A stretch of DNA of 64,000 bases from Candidatus Nealsonbacteria bacterium (lineage in GTDB: Bacteria > Patescibacteriota > Minisyncoccia > Minisyncoccales > MHMH01): the NCBI GenBank assembly GCA_016188865.1, contig JACPGX010000001.1:77197-141196 (forward strand), given 5' to 3'. The translations under genes and the position numbers were made by a program. The stretch's first letter is position 1. Every line of letters starts with the position of its first letter. Shown piece after piece: positions 9,294 through 17,249 of the stretch. The notes beneath the pieces are model-generated. The model was not told the origin of the DNA and made no database searches. It saw nothing but the letters and a program-made list of their open reading frames with translations.

Positions 9294-9327
9294 CATTTGC
9301 TCTATATTTTGAAAATTTTGTATTAAT

Positions 9328-9356
9328 AATAGGGCGAGAACCGTTCTCGCCCTATT
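9328..9356. repeat. REP family 1 copy
   Basis: AATAGGGCGAGAACCGTTCTCGCCCTATT is a 29-nt palindrome around the GAGAACCGTTCTC core. Confidence 0.85.
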
Positions 9357-9382
9357 TTCAATTTACACAATTTTTCTCCCCG

Positions 9383-9420
9383 CGCCAAGTCTTGACAAAA
9401 TAAAAAATTGGGTGTAAGAT
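9383..9420 (+). promoter_or_regulatory. sigma70-type promoter, cassette 2
   Basis: TTGACA 9392-9397, 17-nt spacer, TAAGAT 9415-9420. About 55 nt are homologous to the cassette 1 promoter region. Confidence 0.65.
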
Positions 9421-9450
9421 ATTTTATTAGATGGAACATAGGGAGGAACA

Positions 9451-9630
9451 ATGGAACGGAAAGAAGTTAAATGGTCTTGTCATGCATGCGGCGCTAATGG
9501 AATAATCGAGTATACTCCCCCGGGAAACCCTTACCTTGTTGGCCACGAATGTGAGGAAGCTCATTCAAAAATATCGCCTGATTGCAAGAATCACATGCTG
9601 CGGTTTGATCCTGAAGAACTTGCGAAGTAA
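9451..9630 (+). CDS. hypothetical 59-aa Cys/His-rich protein (below the ORF-track cutoff)
   Basis: My translation: MERKEVKWSCHACGANGIIEYTPPGNPYLVGHECEEAHSKISPDCKNHMLRFDPEELAK. GGGAGG lies 4 nt before the ATG. Contains CxxC plus HxC and C. Confidence 0.5.
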   Translation: MERKEVKWSCHACGANGIIEYTPPGNPYLVGHECEEAHSKISPDCKNHMLRFDPEELAK

Positions 9631-9653
9631 GGGAGGTAAAGGAGGAGAAAACT

Positions 9654-9884
9654 ATGTCTAATGATGGAAAGATTTGGTGTATTTGCCAGAGATGCTCTTC
9701 CGAACTCTTAGGCATCCCGGACACTTCTTGCCCGGGGTGCGAGAAAGGAACCCTCGAGAAACACTGGCCGGAACACGTGAGTATTGAGGACGAGTATCCT
9801 AATGGAACGCACGTCCTAGTAATCCGTAAATCTCGCGGACCGATCAGTGGACATTACTGTACCGTACACAGGATAAAAGAATAG
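9654..9884 (+). CDS. hypothetical 76-aa zinc-ribbon-like protein
   Basis: AAGGAGGAG ribosome-binding site 6 nt upstream. CxCxxC ... CxxC cysteine pattern. GC visibly above flanking genes. Confidence 0.55.
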   Translation: MSNDGKIWCICQRCSSELLGIPDTSCPGCEKGTLEKHWPEHVSIEDEYPNGTHVLVIRKSRGPISGHYCTVHRIKE

Positions 9885-10085
9885 ATGGAAAAAATTATGT
9901 TGACCCCGGGAAGCATGGGGGTTGCTAAACACGCCATTGACCTTTTTGGCATAGAAAGGGTCGAGGTCGGCGCATGGCTGAATCCCGTACGGGTAAATGA
10001 TCTTTCAGAAGATGAAATCAAGTTTGCCGAAGAGTTCTTTCGGGAATATGGCATCGCAGTCACAAAAGAAAACCCCTCGAGATAA
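9885..10085 (+). CDS. hypothetical 66-aa protein
   Basis: The ATG directly abuts the upstream stop (TAGATG). The stop codon lies inside the terminator stem. Confidence 0.5.
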   Translation: MEKIMLTPGSMGVAKHAIDLFGIERVEVGAWLNPVRVNDLSEDEIKFAEEFFREYGIAVTKENPSR

Positions 10086-10101
10086 TATCAAGAGGGGTTT
10101 T
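10068..10101 (+). terminator. intrinsic terminator, cassette 2
   Basis: AAAACCCCTC ... GAGGGGTTTT followed by AT-rich sequence. Confidence 0.7.
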
Positions 10102-10112
10102 ATATTTAATAA

Positions 10113-10143
10113 AAATAGGTCGAGAACCGTTCTCGACCTATTT
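10113..10143. repeat. REP family 1 copy, 3' flank of the RAYT-like gene
   Basis: AAATAGGTCGAGAACCGTTCTCGACCTATTT is a 31-nt palindrome, 3 nt from the stop codon at 10146. Confidence 0.85.
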
Positions 10144-10145
10144 TC

Positions 10146-10868
10146 TTATTCTATGGCTACTTCTTTATAATCTGCTAATTCTTTTTTATGCTGCAGCCAA
10201 TCGTTAACAAATCTTTTAGCCTCTCTTATCTCACCGATTGTTTCTAATAAAAATTCCCTGCTGGTAACCGATGGAAAATTCTTATTTCCTAAATAATCCG
10301 GATAGCTCGACCAGCGATATTGTTCTTCAAGGAATTGTATTACTTTATTTAAATCTTTAATTTTAATTCCTTCTTCTTTCCATTTTGGACAAATAATCGC
10401 TACCGGATTGGTGTGAATATAAACGAAAACCGTTAATAACTGCCTATCATCTTTAACGTGAACAATCCTATATTTTCCTTGAAACAAATGCCCGCTTCTT
10501 TGATATTTCTTATTATAATAACCGCCGTATCCCGCACCGATTTTTCGCATAAATTTACTAATTCCGCCATCTTTGAGCTGTCTCACTAATAAATGCACAT
10601 GATTAGGCATTAAACAAAACGCCAAAATCTCAACTAAAAGCTTCCTCGGCTCTCTCCTTTCCCGCGGTAATGAGTCGAGAACCGTTCTCGACCTATTTAC
10701 GGTATTCCTGAAAGACGATAATACTGAAACTTCGTTATTAAACTCGAATAAATCATGGACCATTCGAAAATTATCTTTCTCCTCTCGAAAAAGTTTTAAA
10801 CCTTCTATGGCGCGGATAACTATATGGTATATTTCTCCGTTAGATAATGGCGGACGTTTTATCGGCAT
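10146..10868 (-). CDS. IS200/IS605-type Y1 HUH transposase-like protein (RAYT-like)
   Basis: YHIVIRA, HUH motif LMPNHVHLLV, catalytic-Tyr region VYIHTNPV. I prefer the ATG at 10868 (MPIKRPP), because the track start at 10898 reads through a REP copy. Confidence 0.7.
   Translation of the reverse strand: MPIKRPPLSNGEIYHIVIRAIEGLKLFREEKDNFRMVHDLFEFNNEVSVLSSFRNTVNRSRTVLDSLPRERREPRKLLVEILAFCLMPNHVHLLVRQLKDGGISKFMRKIGAGYGGYYNKKYQRSGHLFQGKYRIVHVKDDRQLLTVFVYIHTNPVAIICPKWKEEGIKIKDLNKVIQFLEEQYRWSSYPDYLGNKNFPSVTSREFLLETIGEIREAKRFVNDWLQHKKELADYKEVAIE
10672..10698. repeat. REP family 1 copy inside the RAYT-like CDS
   Basis: GAGTCGAGAACCGTTCTCGACCTATTT is the exact reverse complement of the 10872-10896 core. 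It is translated in frame as NRSRTVLDS. Confidence 0.8.
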
Positions 10869-10871
10869 AAT

Positions 10872-10898
10872 ATAGGTCGAGAACGGTTCTCGACTCAT
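10872..10898. repeat. REP family 1 copy, 5' flank of the RAYT-like gene
   Basis: ATAGGTCGAGAACGGTTCTCGACTCAT, in opposite orientation (GG centre) to the 3' flank copy. Confidence 0.85.
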
Positions 10899-10908
10899 TT
10901 CTATTTTA

Positions 10909-10960
10909 CAAAAAAAGCCTGCCTAAAGCAAGCTGGAATAAACGCGGTTAGACCGCGTTT
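10909..10960 (-). terminator. tandem hairpins downstream of greA
   Basis: On the minus strand, AAACGCGGT-cta-ACCGCGTTT is followed by AGCTTGC-tttag-GCAGGCT and a T7 run. Confidence 0.6.
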
Positions 10961-11415
10961 CACTCGATTTTGAGGATTTTATATTGAGCGATGCCTTTGG
11001 GAGTTTTGACTTCAACGACAGCCCCTTTTGATTGATTCAAAAAGGCCTTGCCTAATGGAGAATTAATGGAAATTTTGCCGGCTAAAGGATCGGCTTCTTC
11101 TACTCCGACTATCTTAAACTCCTCTTTTCCCGAGCCAGAGCTGACTAAAACCGTAGAGCCCACTTGGGCATACGATCCATCGCTTCCCTTGGGGGCAACG
11201 ACGGCATTGCGAATTAAATCTTCCAACTCTAAAATTCTACCTTCTACAAAGGCCTGTTCTTCTTTCGTTTCATGATATTCAGCATTCTCAGTCAGATCGC
11301 CAAAAGAAATGCATTTTTCCAAACGCTCGGCAATCTCTTTGCGTTTAATATTCTTTAAATGTCCCAGTTCTTTTTTCAATTTTTCTAAACCTTCAAAGGT
11401 AAGATATTCCCCCAT
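10960..11415 (-). CDS. greA: transcription elongation factor GreA
   Basis: Coiled-coil N-terminus with the acidic tip FGDLTENAEY, and a C-terminal globular domain. 151 aa. Confidence 0.9.
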   Translation of the reverse strand: MGEYLTFEGLEKLKKELGHLKNIKRKEIAERLEKCISFGDLTENAEYHETKEEQAFVEGRILELEDLIRNAVVAPKGSDGSYAQVGSTVLVSSGSGKEEFKIVGVEEADPLAGKISINSPLGKAFLNQSKGAVVEVKTPKGIAQYKILKIE

Positions 11416-11444
11416 AATTATTTAAGATATTATCCAATAATAAT

Positions 11445-13232
11445 CTACTGGGTATCTTTGTCAAGTGTGGAAAAATACCAGTCCAAAACTTCCCTAGCTA
11501 TAGGCAGGGCGGCGGCCCGATCCCCTTCAACTTTCTCAACGAGAATAGTCAGCACTATTTGCGGATCATCGTAAGGAGCAAAAACTGTTACCCAATTGTT
11601 GCGATAATCTCCCCCCACTTCCGCTGTGCCGGTTTTAGCGGCGGCAGGAACCGGCAAAGAATTCAGAATCACGCTGGAAGCGTGCAGACTATTTTTTCCG
11701 GTAACAGCCTGCCGCATTCCTTCCCTGACTATTTGAAGATTTTCAGGATCAATAAAGTTTTCTCTAATAACTTCCGGCTGAAAATTTATTATGATATTTT
11801 TTTGGGAATCAACAATTTGATAGACTGCTTGGGGCTTTAAAAGCTTACCGCCATTAGCTATAGCAGCAAAAGAAGAAGCTACTTCCAACGGAGTGATTAA
11901 TAAATAACCCTGCCCGATTGAAAGGTTGTAGGTATCGCCATCCCACCAATTAATACCTAATGTATTCTTTTTCCATTCTTTATCCGGAATAAATCCCTGA
12001 GATTCTCCGGGCAAATCAATGCCGGTAAACTCCCCCCAGCCGAAAAGTTCCAAATAGTTTTTTATTTTAGTCGGCCCCAAACCCTTTTGTTCTCCATATC
12101 CGCCCCCAACGGTATAGAAATAGACATTGCATGATTCAGCAATAGCTTTTTTGATATTTGACCAGCCATGAACGTCCCAATCTTTTTTAATGGTGGGATT
12201 ATCGGAATCCCACGGATTAGGAATAACAATTTTTCCTCCGCAATAAATTTCTTTTTCCGGATCAATTATTTTTTCCTGTAAAACAGCGGAAGCAACCAAA
12301 GGCTTGATCGTAGAGCCTATCAGGTATCTGCCCGAAATCGCCCGATTATATAAAGGATCTCCGGCATTAGCCTGAAGTTTCTGCCACTGTTCTGCCGACA
12401 AACTCTGACTAAAAAGATTATTATCAAAACTCGGATAACTAAACAGCGCCATCACTCCTCCTGTTTTAGGATTTAAAGCTACGGCCGCTCCGCCTTTAGC
12501 CCCCAATCTCGTAATTGCCGATTCAAGAGAAGCTGCAATTTTCTTCTGCAGCCCGGAATTCAGCCAAAGAATTAAATTATTGCCAGACTCCGGCTCGGAA
12601 GCAACTTTCTGTGAAATAAAATTGCCCCGAGCATCCCTCTCAACCTGTATATTCCCCGCCTTCGACTCAAGAATATTATTATAATATTCCTCAAGGCCGG
12701 CCATTTCGCCCATTTGCCTTTGGTAGCCGATCAAATGGGCGAACAAAAATCCCGAGAGGTACTCTCTCACGGTATTGTCTTCAACTTCACAGCCCGGATA
12801 TTCTTCAGGGCTGGTTTTTAATTTCAGTAAAGTTTGATGGTCTATATTCTCAATCATTAATTTGCCGGAACAGATAAAATTAAAACTGGGTTTGTTAAAA
12901 ACAAGCTGCTCAAAATTTTTATCATAAATAACTCCTCTTTCCGCCCGAATTGTTTTAACTATAAACTTATTTCTTTGCGATAATTCAGTGAAAGTCTTGC
13001 CTTCTATAATTTGCAGTTGGAATGTCCTGCCAAAAAAGATAAAAAATAAAACTACTATCCCGGCCCAAACTATTCGAAAGACTTTTTGAGAAATCGGAGT
13101 TTCTAATTTTTTGCCGGAAATGCCTATTTCTCTTTCTTTTTTCTGCGCTAAAGAATCTAAAAGAACCTCCTGGGGCTCTATTTCTCTCTTAAATTTCTCT
13201 ATTATAAATTTATCAAAAGGCGACTTGGACAT
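11445..13232 (-). CDS. mrdA: penicillin-binding protein 2 (transpeptidase)
   Basis: N-terminal TM helix and active-site-like STIKP with a KTGTA motif. Directly follows mreC-mreD. Confidence 0.85.
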   Translation of the reverse strand: MSKSPFDKFIIEKFKREIEPQEVLLDSLAQKKEREIGISGKKLETPISQKVFRIVWAGIVVLFFIFFGRTFQLQIIEGKTFTELSQRNKFIVKTIRAERGVIYDKNFEQLVFNKPSFNFICSGKLMIENIDHQTLLKLKTSPEEYPGCEVEDNTVREYLSGFLFAHLIGYQRQMGEMAGLEEYYNNILESKAGNIQVERDARGNFISQKVASEPESGNNLILWLNSGLQKKIAASLESAITRLGAKGGAAVALNPKTGGVMALFSYPSFDNNLFSQSLSAEQWQKLQANAGDPLYNRAISGRYLIGSTIKPLVASAVLQEKIIDPEKEIYCGGKIVIPNPWDSDNPTIKKDWDVHGWSNIKKAIAESCNVYFYTVGGGYGEQKGLGPTKIKNYLELFGWGEFTGIDLPGESQGFIPDKEWKKNTLGINWWDGDTYNLSIGQGYLLITPLEVASSFAAIANGGKLLKPQAVYQIVDSQKNIIINFQPEVIRENFIDPENLQIVREGMRQAVTGKNSLHASSVILNSLPVPAAAKTGTAEVGGDYRNNWVTVFAPYDDPQIVLTILVEKVEGDRAAALPIAREVLDWYFSTLDKDTQ

Positions 13233-13503
13233 ATCTTTTTAAAACCAGCCTTATAAATAATGAAATTCCCAATAAAATCAAAACATTGAATCCGAAAAAA
13301 TAACTTGAGAAAATATCTAAAAAAAATCCTCCGAAAAAAGCTGAAAATACACTCCAAGGCGGCAGAAAAAAAGCTAAAAAAATAACTGCAACAAATATAA
13401 GATTGGGGGTAATTCCGAAAATGCTAAAATGCGGCAAAAAACTAATCTGTAAAAGAGATAAAAAATAAAAAAGAGGGACAATAATAATAGTTTTTGCAAA
13501 CAT
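13213..13503 (-). CDS. mreD: rod shape-determining protein MreD (putative)
   Basis: A 96-aa, entirely hydrophobic protein lying between mreC and PBP2. Confidence 0.5.
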   Translation of the reverse strand: MFAKTIIIVPLFYFLSLLQISFLPHFSIFGITPNLIFVAVIFLAFFLPPWSVFSAFFGGFFLDIFSSYFFGFNVLILLGISLFIRLVLKRYVQVAF

Positions 13504-13504
13504 T

Positions 13505-14269
13505 TTAAAAATTTAAAACGACAAATGCTTTGTCCAGATTCGAAATATCAAAAAACGGAGAAACTTCAGCCCGTTGGAAGGGGCTGACATCTATTCTCTT
13601 AATTCCTTTCACTATTCCCACTAAAAATCCTCGAAAAGCAACTAAATCCCCCTCTTTAATTTCGCTTTCTTTGGGGATAAGATCGATAAAAACTTTAAAA
13701 TCGCCAGAACCCTTCAACAGCCCGGCAGCATTCCTGCCGGATATTGCAACTTCAAGCTGGCTTTTTTTATCGGAGATAAGTAAAACTCTTGAATAGTGCT
13801 GATAAATCTCTACAACATTGCCAATCAAAACCTTCTGTGAAGTAATCAAGGGCATTCCCTTGGCAATTCCATCTCCCAGCCCCTTATCTACCAAGATAAC
13901 ATCATTGTTAACCTCTTTGCCGATTATTTCAGCTAATTCCAGCTTAAATTCTTTTTGCAGCCCGATACCCATAGCCTCTCTAAGGTGCTTGTTTTCTTTT
14001 TCTAATTCCTGAAAAGAATTTTGCAAAAATAACAAGTCCTGAATTTTAAAATTCAATTCTTTATTTTCTTTCTCCAAATTTCTCGCATTCAAAAATGACC
14101 CGAAAAAATCAGCTGTTTTACCGCCGGTTTGCCAAAACATTTTCGAGAAAGGCTGAGAGCTGGAATAAAAAAATCCCTTCGCTTCTTTCTGGAAAAAATT
14201 TAAGGTTAAAATAACGGCTGTCCCAATAATTATGAATATTGCTATTCTTTTTGCAGCTGTAAACTTCAT
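13505..14269 (-). CDS. mreC: rod shape-determining protein MreC
   Basis: TM helix, coiled coil (ENKELNFKIQDL...LEKENKHL), then beta-rich domains. Consistent gene context. Confidence 0.8.
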   Translation of the reverse strand: MKFTAAKRIAIFIIIGTAVILTLNFFQKEAKGFFYSSSQPFSKMFWQTGGKTADFFGSFLNARNLEKENKELNFKIQDLLFLQNSFQELEKENKHLREAMGIGLQKEFKLELAEIIGKEVNNDVILVDKGLGDGIAKGMPLITSQKVLIGNVVEIYQHYSRVLLISDKKSQLEVAISGRNAAGLLKGSGDFKVFIDLIPKESEIKEGDLVAFRGFLVGIVKGIKRIDVSPFQRAEVSPFFDISNLDKAFVVLNF

Positions 14270-14315
14270 ACTTAAACCATTTTACTCCGAATGTTTGCAA
14301 AATAAAAGAGGCGGA

Positions 14316-14540
14316 TTATTTCCGTCTCTTTTTTCTTTCTTTCAGCCAAGCTTCAATTTCTTCTTTGCCGGTTATCCACTTTTCTCCTATTTTGAGCTCC
14401 GGCCTCACTTTGCCGCTCGATTCTACTACCTTAAACGGCACTTTGTTTTTTCGGAGCAACTCTACAACATACTGACTCTCCGAAGTCAGGCTTCCGTTGC
14501 TCCTGCGATCCACATACAATTCATACGACTCTTCTGGCAT
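14316..14540 (-). CDS. hypothetical 74-aa protein (glutaredoxin-like layout without cysteines)
   Basis: AAGGGAGGT ribosome-binding site and its own consensus promoter. The fold assignment is a guess. Confidence 0.45.
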   Translation of the reverse strand: MPEESYELYVDRRSNGSLTSESQYVVELLRKNKVPFKVVESSGKVRPELKIGEKWITGKEEIEAWLKERKKRRK

Positions 14541-14570
14541 GCCTTTACCTCCCTTTTAACTTACTAAGAA

Positions 14571-14599
14571 AGTATACTCTAAAAAGAAAATTTTGTCAA
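14571..14599 (-). promoter_or_regulatory. sigma70-type promoter for the 74-aa gene
   Basis: Minus strand TTGACA (14599-14594), 17-nt spacer, TATACT (14576-14571). Confidence 0.65.
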
Positions 14600-14609
14600 T
14601 ATAAAAGGC

Positions 14610-14729
14610 GCTTTGGTGGCAGCTACCTACTTTCGCCCATAAAGGACTATCATCGGCCTTAAGCTATTTCACTTCCGTGTTCGAAATGGGAACGGGTGGG
14701 ACAAGCTCAGTATAGCCGCCACCAAAACG
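14610..14729 (-). rRNA. rrf: 5S rRNA
   Basis: The reverse complement reads ...GGUGGCGGCUAUACUGAGC...CCCACCCGUUCCCAUUUCGAACACGGAAGUGAAA...GUAGGUAGCUGCCACC. Ends are +/- 5 nt. Confidence 0.9.
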
Positions 14730-14732
14730 CCT

Positions 14733-14767
14733 AATAACGCAATCAATAATTGCCAGCTAATTTGTAG
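14733..14767 (-). other. 3' strand of the 23S processing stem
   Basis: AATAACGCAATCAATAATTGCCAGCTAATTTGTAG is complementary, with a few mismatches, to 19210-19242. Confidence 0.7.
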
Positions 14768-15029
14768 ATAAAAAGCTTTACCTATTAGTACTCCTCGGCT
14801 TAACCCATTGCTGGGCTTACACCTAGAGCCTATCAACCCTGTCATCTACAGGGGGTTAATGAATCCTAATCTTGGGGTGGGCTTCGAGCTTAGATGCTTT
14901 CAGCTCTTATCCCTTCCCGACTTAGCTACCCAGCAATGCTCCTGGCGGAACAGCTGGTACACCAGAGGTCAGTTCCTCGAGGTCCTCTCGTACTGTCGAG
15001 GACTCCCCTCAAGATTCGACGCCTGCGGT

Positions 15030-15060
<31 letters not shown>

Positions 15061-15141
15061 GAACCCAGCTCACGTACCTCTTTAACATCGAGGTGCCGAA
15101 CAGGGCCGTTGATATGGACTCGCGGGCCCTACTAGCCTGTT

Positions 15142-16024
15142 CATAGTTAATTTTAGTTAACCATAGACTATATCTTCACCCGCCTAAATATAAATTTTTG
15201 GCGGGGGCGGCGTATGAACTAAATTTTAATTTTAGTTCTCACCCATTTAAGGGATCAGTCGTTACGGGGTCAAGAAGAAATTTTATAATTAAATGTTGGC
15301 AGAATAAATGATCGTATTGTTTGGTGCAACTTAATGGTTTCTTTTGGCGAAAAATAAAGAGCGAATCCTTTTTGTTTTTTATCTAATATTCTGCACAAAA
15401 CATGAAAATTATTTTCAATTGCTGTTTTGGCAATTTCGGCCTCTTTTTCTTGAACTCTCCCTAAATATAGATAGCTTACTTTATCGCGATGATAATAATA
15501 GCCATCATCCATATACCAAACGGCTAAAGCTAAAGAATCTTTTAAGAGATTGCTAAGCTGTTCTGGTATGCGTTTTTTTCCTTCTTTGTAAAATATTGCT
15601 CGCCATTTTCCCAATTCCGGAGTGGAATTGGACTGGTGGCGCCAATATTTATATAACTTGCCGCTTATGGGATGTTTTCGTTCAAGATATTTTGGCTCGC
15701 CTTGGAATAATTTTGGAAATTTGTTTATTTTCCAGAAAAGATAATCTTTTTGATTATCGCCATGTTCAAAACGCAAACGTGAATTTTTCTCTCCAGTTTT
15801 CTGCAAATAAGCATCTCCCAAAATTGTTCCTATAAGAATTGATTTTTGCTCTCTATTAAACTTCACAAATTTTTCTTCTGACTTCCCACGGTGTTGAAAG
15901 AACTCAAAACCTTTTTGTCAAAGGAAGACCAGTTCTTGTTTCACCGTTATAAGCCACTTTAAACTATATCTTATTACTAAGACATAGAGACAACAACCTC
16001 TGTGATTATTATATCACGAGGTTC
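15142..16024 (-). mobile_element. group I intron at 23S position equivalent to E. coli 2449
   Basis: The exons read CCGGGGAU | AACAGGCU. The 5' exon ends in U and the intron ends in G. Core elements include GAAGAUAUAGUC (S-like). Contains a homing endonuclease ORF. Confidence 0.8.
15270..15866 (-). CDS. LAGLIDADG homing endonuclease, two-motif (monomeric type)
   Basis: Motifs LIGTILGDAYL and LAVWYMDDGYY. GTG start. Intron-encoded. Confidence 0.85.
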   Translation of the reverse strand: MKFNREQKSILIGTILGDAYLQKTGEKNSRLRFEHGDNQKDYLFWKINKFPKLFQGEPKYLERKHPISGKLYKYWRHQSNSTPELGKWRAIFYKEGKKRIPEQLSNLLKDSLALAVWYMDDGYYYHRDKVSYLYLGRVQEKEAEIAKTAIENNFHVLCRILDKKQKGFALYFSPKETIKLHQTIRSFILPTFNYKISS

Positions 16025-16532
16025 ATCCCCGGGGTAACTTTTGGTTGATGATCTTCTGCGGTTCTACGAACCACAGTCGGTTCACTAAGTTCGAGTTTCC
16101 TCTCTGCGCGGCATATCCGCCTTGCAGTCAAGCCGGCTTGCGCCTTTACGCTATCAGTCCGATTTCCATCCGGACCTAGCCGACCTTATAAACTTCTCCG
16201 TTACTTTTTAGGAGAAAAGCGCCCCACTTAAACTGCCCACCAGACACTGTCTCCCCTTGCGGGGGTTAGGATGATGGATTCAAAAGACGGGTGTTTCATT
16301 GTTGGCTCCATGCCTCCCGAAAGAAGCACTTCAAAGCCTACCCGCTACACTACGCATTCAAAACCAAAATTCAATATCTAGCTACAGTAAAGCTCCCGGG
16401 GTCTTTCCGTCTAGCCGCAGGTAACCGGCATCTTTACCGGTATTGCATTTTCACCGGGCAACTCCTGGAGACAGTTCCCAAGTCGTTAAACCTTTCATGC
16501 GGGCCAGAACTTACCTGGCAAGGGGTTACGCT

Positions 16533-17249
16533 CAATCTGTTATATCCACAATACATTTGTGGAATTCTTTATGTCGCCATAAAGTTCGGACTATATCTTC
16601 CCGCCCAAATATTCAATTTTCGGCGGGTTCGGCGTATAGTCTCTGAGGATTCTTTAATTTATCGGAATTTTCTATTATTCATCTCTCTCACCATCAATCT
16701 TATTTTAGCCAATCCTTCCTCTCGGAGATGTCTTCCTTTTCCCATCATTTTTACAATTTTAGTAAAAATATGGAAATCTTTTTTCTTGGCAGATAATAAT
16801 TGATATTTTTCGAAAAATGGAATAATTTTCGTGAGTAAATCTACACGATTACGTACTACGTATTTTAGAAGATGTTCGTGATGGTTATCGTGTCTTTTAT
16901 TCAGATAGATTGCTCCGCAATTAAAGAAATTTTTAATTTTCTCTATTGCGGCTTTACTTTTCATTTCTTGCGTAATTACAAACTCTGGAAATACTTGCCA
17001 TTTTAGGCGCAATCTTGATTTGGGATGTTTAAAGAAACTTACAGTAAAACATCCTTCTCCATCAACAAACCCAACTATCCATCCAATAAATTTAAGCCTT
17101 TCCTGCTGATTGTCTGCACCGGATGATTTTTTACTTAACATAATGGATGGTAAGGTATATTACTACCTTACTCTATTATATCAAAGTAGCACCGGATACA
17201 CCAGATTTTCCAGCATATAGCCGAATTTTACTAAAGCAGTGCGTTATCT
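16533..17249 (-). mobile_element. group I intron at 23S position equivalent to E. coli 1931
   Basis: The exons read ...UAACUAUAACUGUGUUAAAGU | AGCGUAACCCCUUGCC. The intron ends in G. Core elements are CAGAGACUAUACGCC (R-like) and GGGAAGAUAUAGUCCGAAC (S). Confidence 0.8.
16659..17141 (-). CDS. LAGLIDADG homing endonuclease, single-motif (homodimer type)
   Basis: Motif WIVGFVDGEGCF. 160 aa. Intron-encoded. Confidence 0.85.
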   Translation of the reverse strand: MLSKKSSGADNQQERLKFIGWIVGFVDGEGCFTVSFFKHPKSRLRLKWQVFPEFVITQEMKSKAAIEKIKNFFNCGAIYLNKRHDNHHEHLLKYVVRNRVDLLTKIIPFFEKYQLLSAKKKDFHIFTKIVKMMGKGRHLREEGLAKIRLMVREMNNRKFR

